The position numbers and the translations under genes are program-made. The notes beneath the pieces were generated by a model. It had not been told where the DNA came from and searched no databases. It worked only from the letters and a program-made list of their open reading frames with translations. Source: the human T2T-CHM13v2.0 reference genome, Homo sapiens. From it: a stretch of DNA of 64,000 nt. Location: assembly GCF_009914755.1 (NCBI RefSeq), contig NC_060925.1, one strand, 5' to 3'. Positions 60,335 through 64,000 of this stretch are shown here, piece after piece; the first letter of the stretch is position 1, and each line of letters starts with the position of its first letter.

Positions 60335-60497
60335 TTTTTTTTTTTCTTTTGAGACAGGGTCTAGCTCTGTCACCTAAGCTGGAGTACAGTGATGCCATCA
60401 TAGATTACTGCAGCCTCAAACTCTTGGGCTCAAGCAATCTGCCCAGCTCAACCTCCCAAAGCACTGGGATTACAGGTGTGAGCCACTGTGCCCAGCC
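60335..60497 (-). mobile_element. Alu monomer-length (J-type) element
   Basis: Right-arm end fused to left-arm start. Confidence 0.82.
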
Positions 60498-60859
60498 AGA
60501 ATTTTTTGAACTTTAAAATATTTGCATATATTATATAATGAGATCTCTTGAGGATGGGACCCATCTCTAAACACGAAATTCATTTTTGTTTCATATACAT
60601 CTTATACACATAGGCTCAGGGTAATTGTATACAATATTTTAGATAATTTTGTGCATGAACCAAAGTTTTTATTTCATTACTCTTTGTGGGCATGCTTGCA
60701 TGGGAGAATCTGGGCATGTGTGGAAAAGATATATTGCAGCTGAAGGGGGCTGGGAGGGCCTTTTCCCCATCGGAGATGCTAAATAAACTGTGTGTAGTGC
60801 AACTGCATTTTGACTGTGACCTATCACATGAGGTCAGAGGTCAGGTGTGGAAATTTTCC

Positions 60860-61150
60860 TTTTTTTTTTTTTTTTTGAGACGGAGTCTCACTGTCACTTA
60901 GGTTGGAGTGCAGTGGCACAATCATTGCAACCTCCACCGCCCAGGTTCAAGGGATTTTCCTGCCTCAACTTCCCGAGTGGCTGGTATTACAAGTGTGTGC
61001 CACCACACCCAGCTATTTTTTGTATTTTTAGTAGGGACAGGGTTTCGTCATGTTGGACAGGCTGGTCTTGAACTCCTGACTTCAGGCGATCCGCCTGCCT
61101 CAGCCTCCCAAAGTGCTGGGATTACAGGCATGAACCACCATGCCAGACCA
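60860..61150 (-). mobile_element. AluS
   Basis: Alu consensus match. Confidence 0.9.
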
Positions 61151-61329
61151 GGCATGGAATTTTCTACTTGTGGCATTATGTCAGTGCTTAAAAAGTTTTG
61201 GATTTAGGAGCATTCAGATATTGGATTTTCAGATTAAGGATGCTCAACTTGTACTAAGTACGTAAGGTACTTGTACTAAGTAACTAAGGAAGGAGCCTAA
61301 CACAGGCCCTGCCGAATCTCAAGCTCTCA

Positions 61330-61640
<311 letters not shown>

Positions 61641-62521
61641 CAAGGAAAACAAGAGTAATTATTCTTTGTAAAAGGGAATAATAACATCTACCTCATAGGT
61701 TTGAGATTATACATGTGCAAGTACTGCTACATAAACTCCCGTGTGCCATTCCAATGTGGCTTCATGAGCTCCAGATGAAGGACCGAGGTTCTGCCAGTTT
61801 TTTCACTGGCCACGTCTGTGAGATAACCAAGGACTCCTATTTGTGGAGAGTCCTACTGGCTGGCAGAGGAACCTTACATCAAGGGACATATTTCTGGTTT
61901 AATCTTAAACCAGCTACAATGCCAAAGAATAGAGCAGGGTTTTTTTTGTTTTGTTTTGTTTTTTCAAGGCATCCTCAAACTCACTGAAAGCTCAGCCCAT
62001 CTATTTCTGGAGAGGCTGAGAACACATGGAGCCCCCACACTCACAGGCACGCGCACACACACACCAACTCCACCATCCCGCATGCCCAGCTCCAGGAAGC
62101 TGCCTTTCCCTTGGAGACACTTTGTTATTTGGAAAGAAAAAGCAACATGTGAAAATAAATCTTCAGGTTGCAGAGGACATATCTATAGGATATTGTTGTC
62201 ATCTTGATATTCAGGAAATGAAGATGCTCTAAATAGCAAAGGCAGATCATTACTGCCTTCCAAGGAGAGTTGGCAAGAACTCCAAAGAAGGGAAACCGAG
62301 TTTGCCTCCATCCAAGTAGGATTGATGCATGTAACAAATTTGCTTTTGATGTGGAAGTGGTGGAAATGAAAGCGTCAACGTTAATTACCCCAGGGTAACA
62401 AGTTTGTAATATGGATCCCAAAGAAAAACATGCCCCTTTGCAACATGGTCTCTATTTAGGTTTGGCTCATCCCAAGAAGGGGCAAATCAGCCCAGGAAAG
62501 GGTCATTTTTCATAACACACT

Positions 62522-62950
62522 TGTATTCGTTTTCTATTGCTGCAGTAACAAATTACCACAAACTTAGTGGCTTCCAAAATACAAATGTATTATACTTTTA
62601 GAGGTCACAAGTTTGAAATGGGTCTCAAATCAAGGCGTTGACAAGGCTGTGTTCTAGGGGAGAATCCATGAGCCCAGGAGTGAGGCCACCTTCACTCCTG
62701 AGCTCATGGTCTCCTTCTGCCATTGCCCCTCCAACGCTGTGTCTATTGTCCCACCTCTTTCTCTGACTGACCCTCCTGCCTCCCTCTCATAAGGATGCTT
62801 GTGATTAAATTGAGCCCATTCAGAAAATACAGGATGTTCTCCCAACTACAGAGGTCCTTACCAGTCCTTTTTGCCATATGAAGATAACAAGTTCACAGGT
62901 TCCAGGGATTAGGACACAGACATCTTTGGGGGTCATTATTGTGTCTACCA
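62522..62950 (-). mobile_element. MLT1 (D/E-like) LTR
   Basis: tgtattcgtttctattgctgcagtaacaaattaccacaaacttagtggc...caggttccagggattaggac. Confidence 0.82.
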
Positions 62951-63139
62951 TTCAACTGTAGCCTTTTGTGCTTCCAGAGGAACAGGTGAGGAGACCACTG
63001 TGCCTGCTCCAATCTGAGGCAAGTACAGGAGGGAACAGGGTTGTGGTCCTGTTCTTCCAGGAGCACCATGGAAGATGCAGCATCGAGATTGTGGGGGATG
63101 AGAGTAGACGGAGCAGGTGGCCTTGGACTTGGCCTTCCT

Positions 63140-63450
63140 TTTTATTTATTTAGGGTTTTTTTTTTTTGTACAGGGTTTCATTCTATTGCCCAGGCTGGAG
63201 TGCAGTGGTGCAATCATAACTCACTGCAGCCTTGAACTCTTGGGCTCAAGTGATCCTCCCACTTCAGCCTCCTGAGTAGCTGGGACTACAGGCACGTGCC
63301 ACCATGCTCCACCAATTTTTTAATTTTTTGTAGAGATGGGGGGGGTGGTCTAGCTATGTTGCCCAGGCTGGTCTCGAACTCCTGGGCTCAAGCAATCCTC
63401 TCATTTTGGCCTCCCAAAGTGCTGAGAATACAGGTGTGAGCCTCGACACC
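63140..63450 (-). mobile_element. AluJ
   Basis: Alu consensus match. Confidence 0.9.
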
Positions 63451-63479
63451 CTTTTAGAAAGGCCCTTCCTTTCTAAATA

Positions 63480-63710
63480 ACAATGACAGCTACTACCAGT
63501 AACTGAATGGCTGCTGTGCACCACACACCCAGCTGAGCATTATATAGACAACATCACCTTTATCCTCACAGTAATCTTGCAACTATTTCTCTTGTTTTTA
63601 TACACAAGGAAGTGGAGGCTTGGAGGAGCAAGGTGGATCCCCCAAGAACACACATCTGGATAGAGATCACTGAGATTCAGTAACCATCAGACTCAGAGTC
63701 TGCTCCTAAA
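63480..63710 (-). mobile_element. MIR remnant
   Basis: tttatcctcacagtaatc...ggaagtggaggcttggagg. Confidence 0.5.
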
Positions 63711-64000
63711 CACCACACACCACCCGCTCTCTCCACCCTCCCCATCCCCAGCCTATGGGAAGCCTTTGTCAAGAGGTGCCAGCCCACAGAGGTCACACGG
63801 GCCCTGAACGTCTGAACTGCATGACCGGGACCCATGCTCCCAGGGTGGTCCCTGCACATCCTACCTTTTCCTTAAGACCATGAGCTCATCGGGACAGGAG
63901 AAAGGTCTCCCCTTGCCCTGTTATTTCCCCCAGTGGCCAGCAGAGTGCTGGGTACACAGTGGGTGCACAATTAGAGCCTATCTCCTTGACTTACCTGCCT

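Larger units (their letters stand above)
60278..61251. mobile_element. Tigger4/MER46-like DNA transposon with two Alu insertions
   Basis: TA|caggctgggtatt ... ggatgctcaacttg|TA terminal inverted repeats with TA TSD. Confidence 0.8.

Overview
Human-type (primate) genomic DNA, not microbial. The left end holds the 5' part of CCSAP (C1orf96, centriole/cilia/spindle-associated protein) on the minus strand: a CpG-island promoter, a non-coding first exon (donor at 3616/3615) and the first coding exon (3217-2803, ATG at 3169). In intron 2 a small exon with a strong donor (1098/1097) encodes MVPVFTSS in the same phase, which fits a short CCSAP isoform. The other ~60 kb is repeat-dense intergenic DNA upstream of CCSAP (from memory, toward ACTA1 on 1q42). 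It contains about 50 Alu copies or fragments, an old L1M joined to a doubly truncated ~4.6 kb L1PB, many MaLR/ERVL/ERV1 solo LTRs, hAT/Tigger/mariner fossils, MIR/L2 remnants and a 3'-truncated U6 retrocopy. Almost all other ORFs in the track are Alu, L1 or GC-richness artefacts. I found no convincing new multi-gene system. The best leads are the alternative/cassette CCSAP exon, a 102-bp triple tandem repeat split by an AluY near the promoter, a candidate muscle enhancer, and several template-switch or repair scars. Repeat subfamily names come from recalled consensus sequences; boundaries are approximate unless a TSD is quoted.
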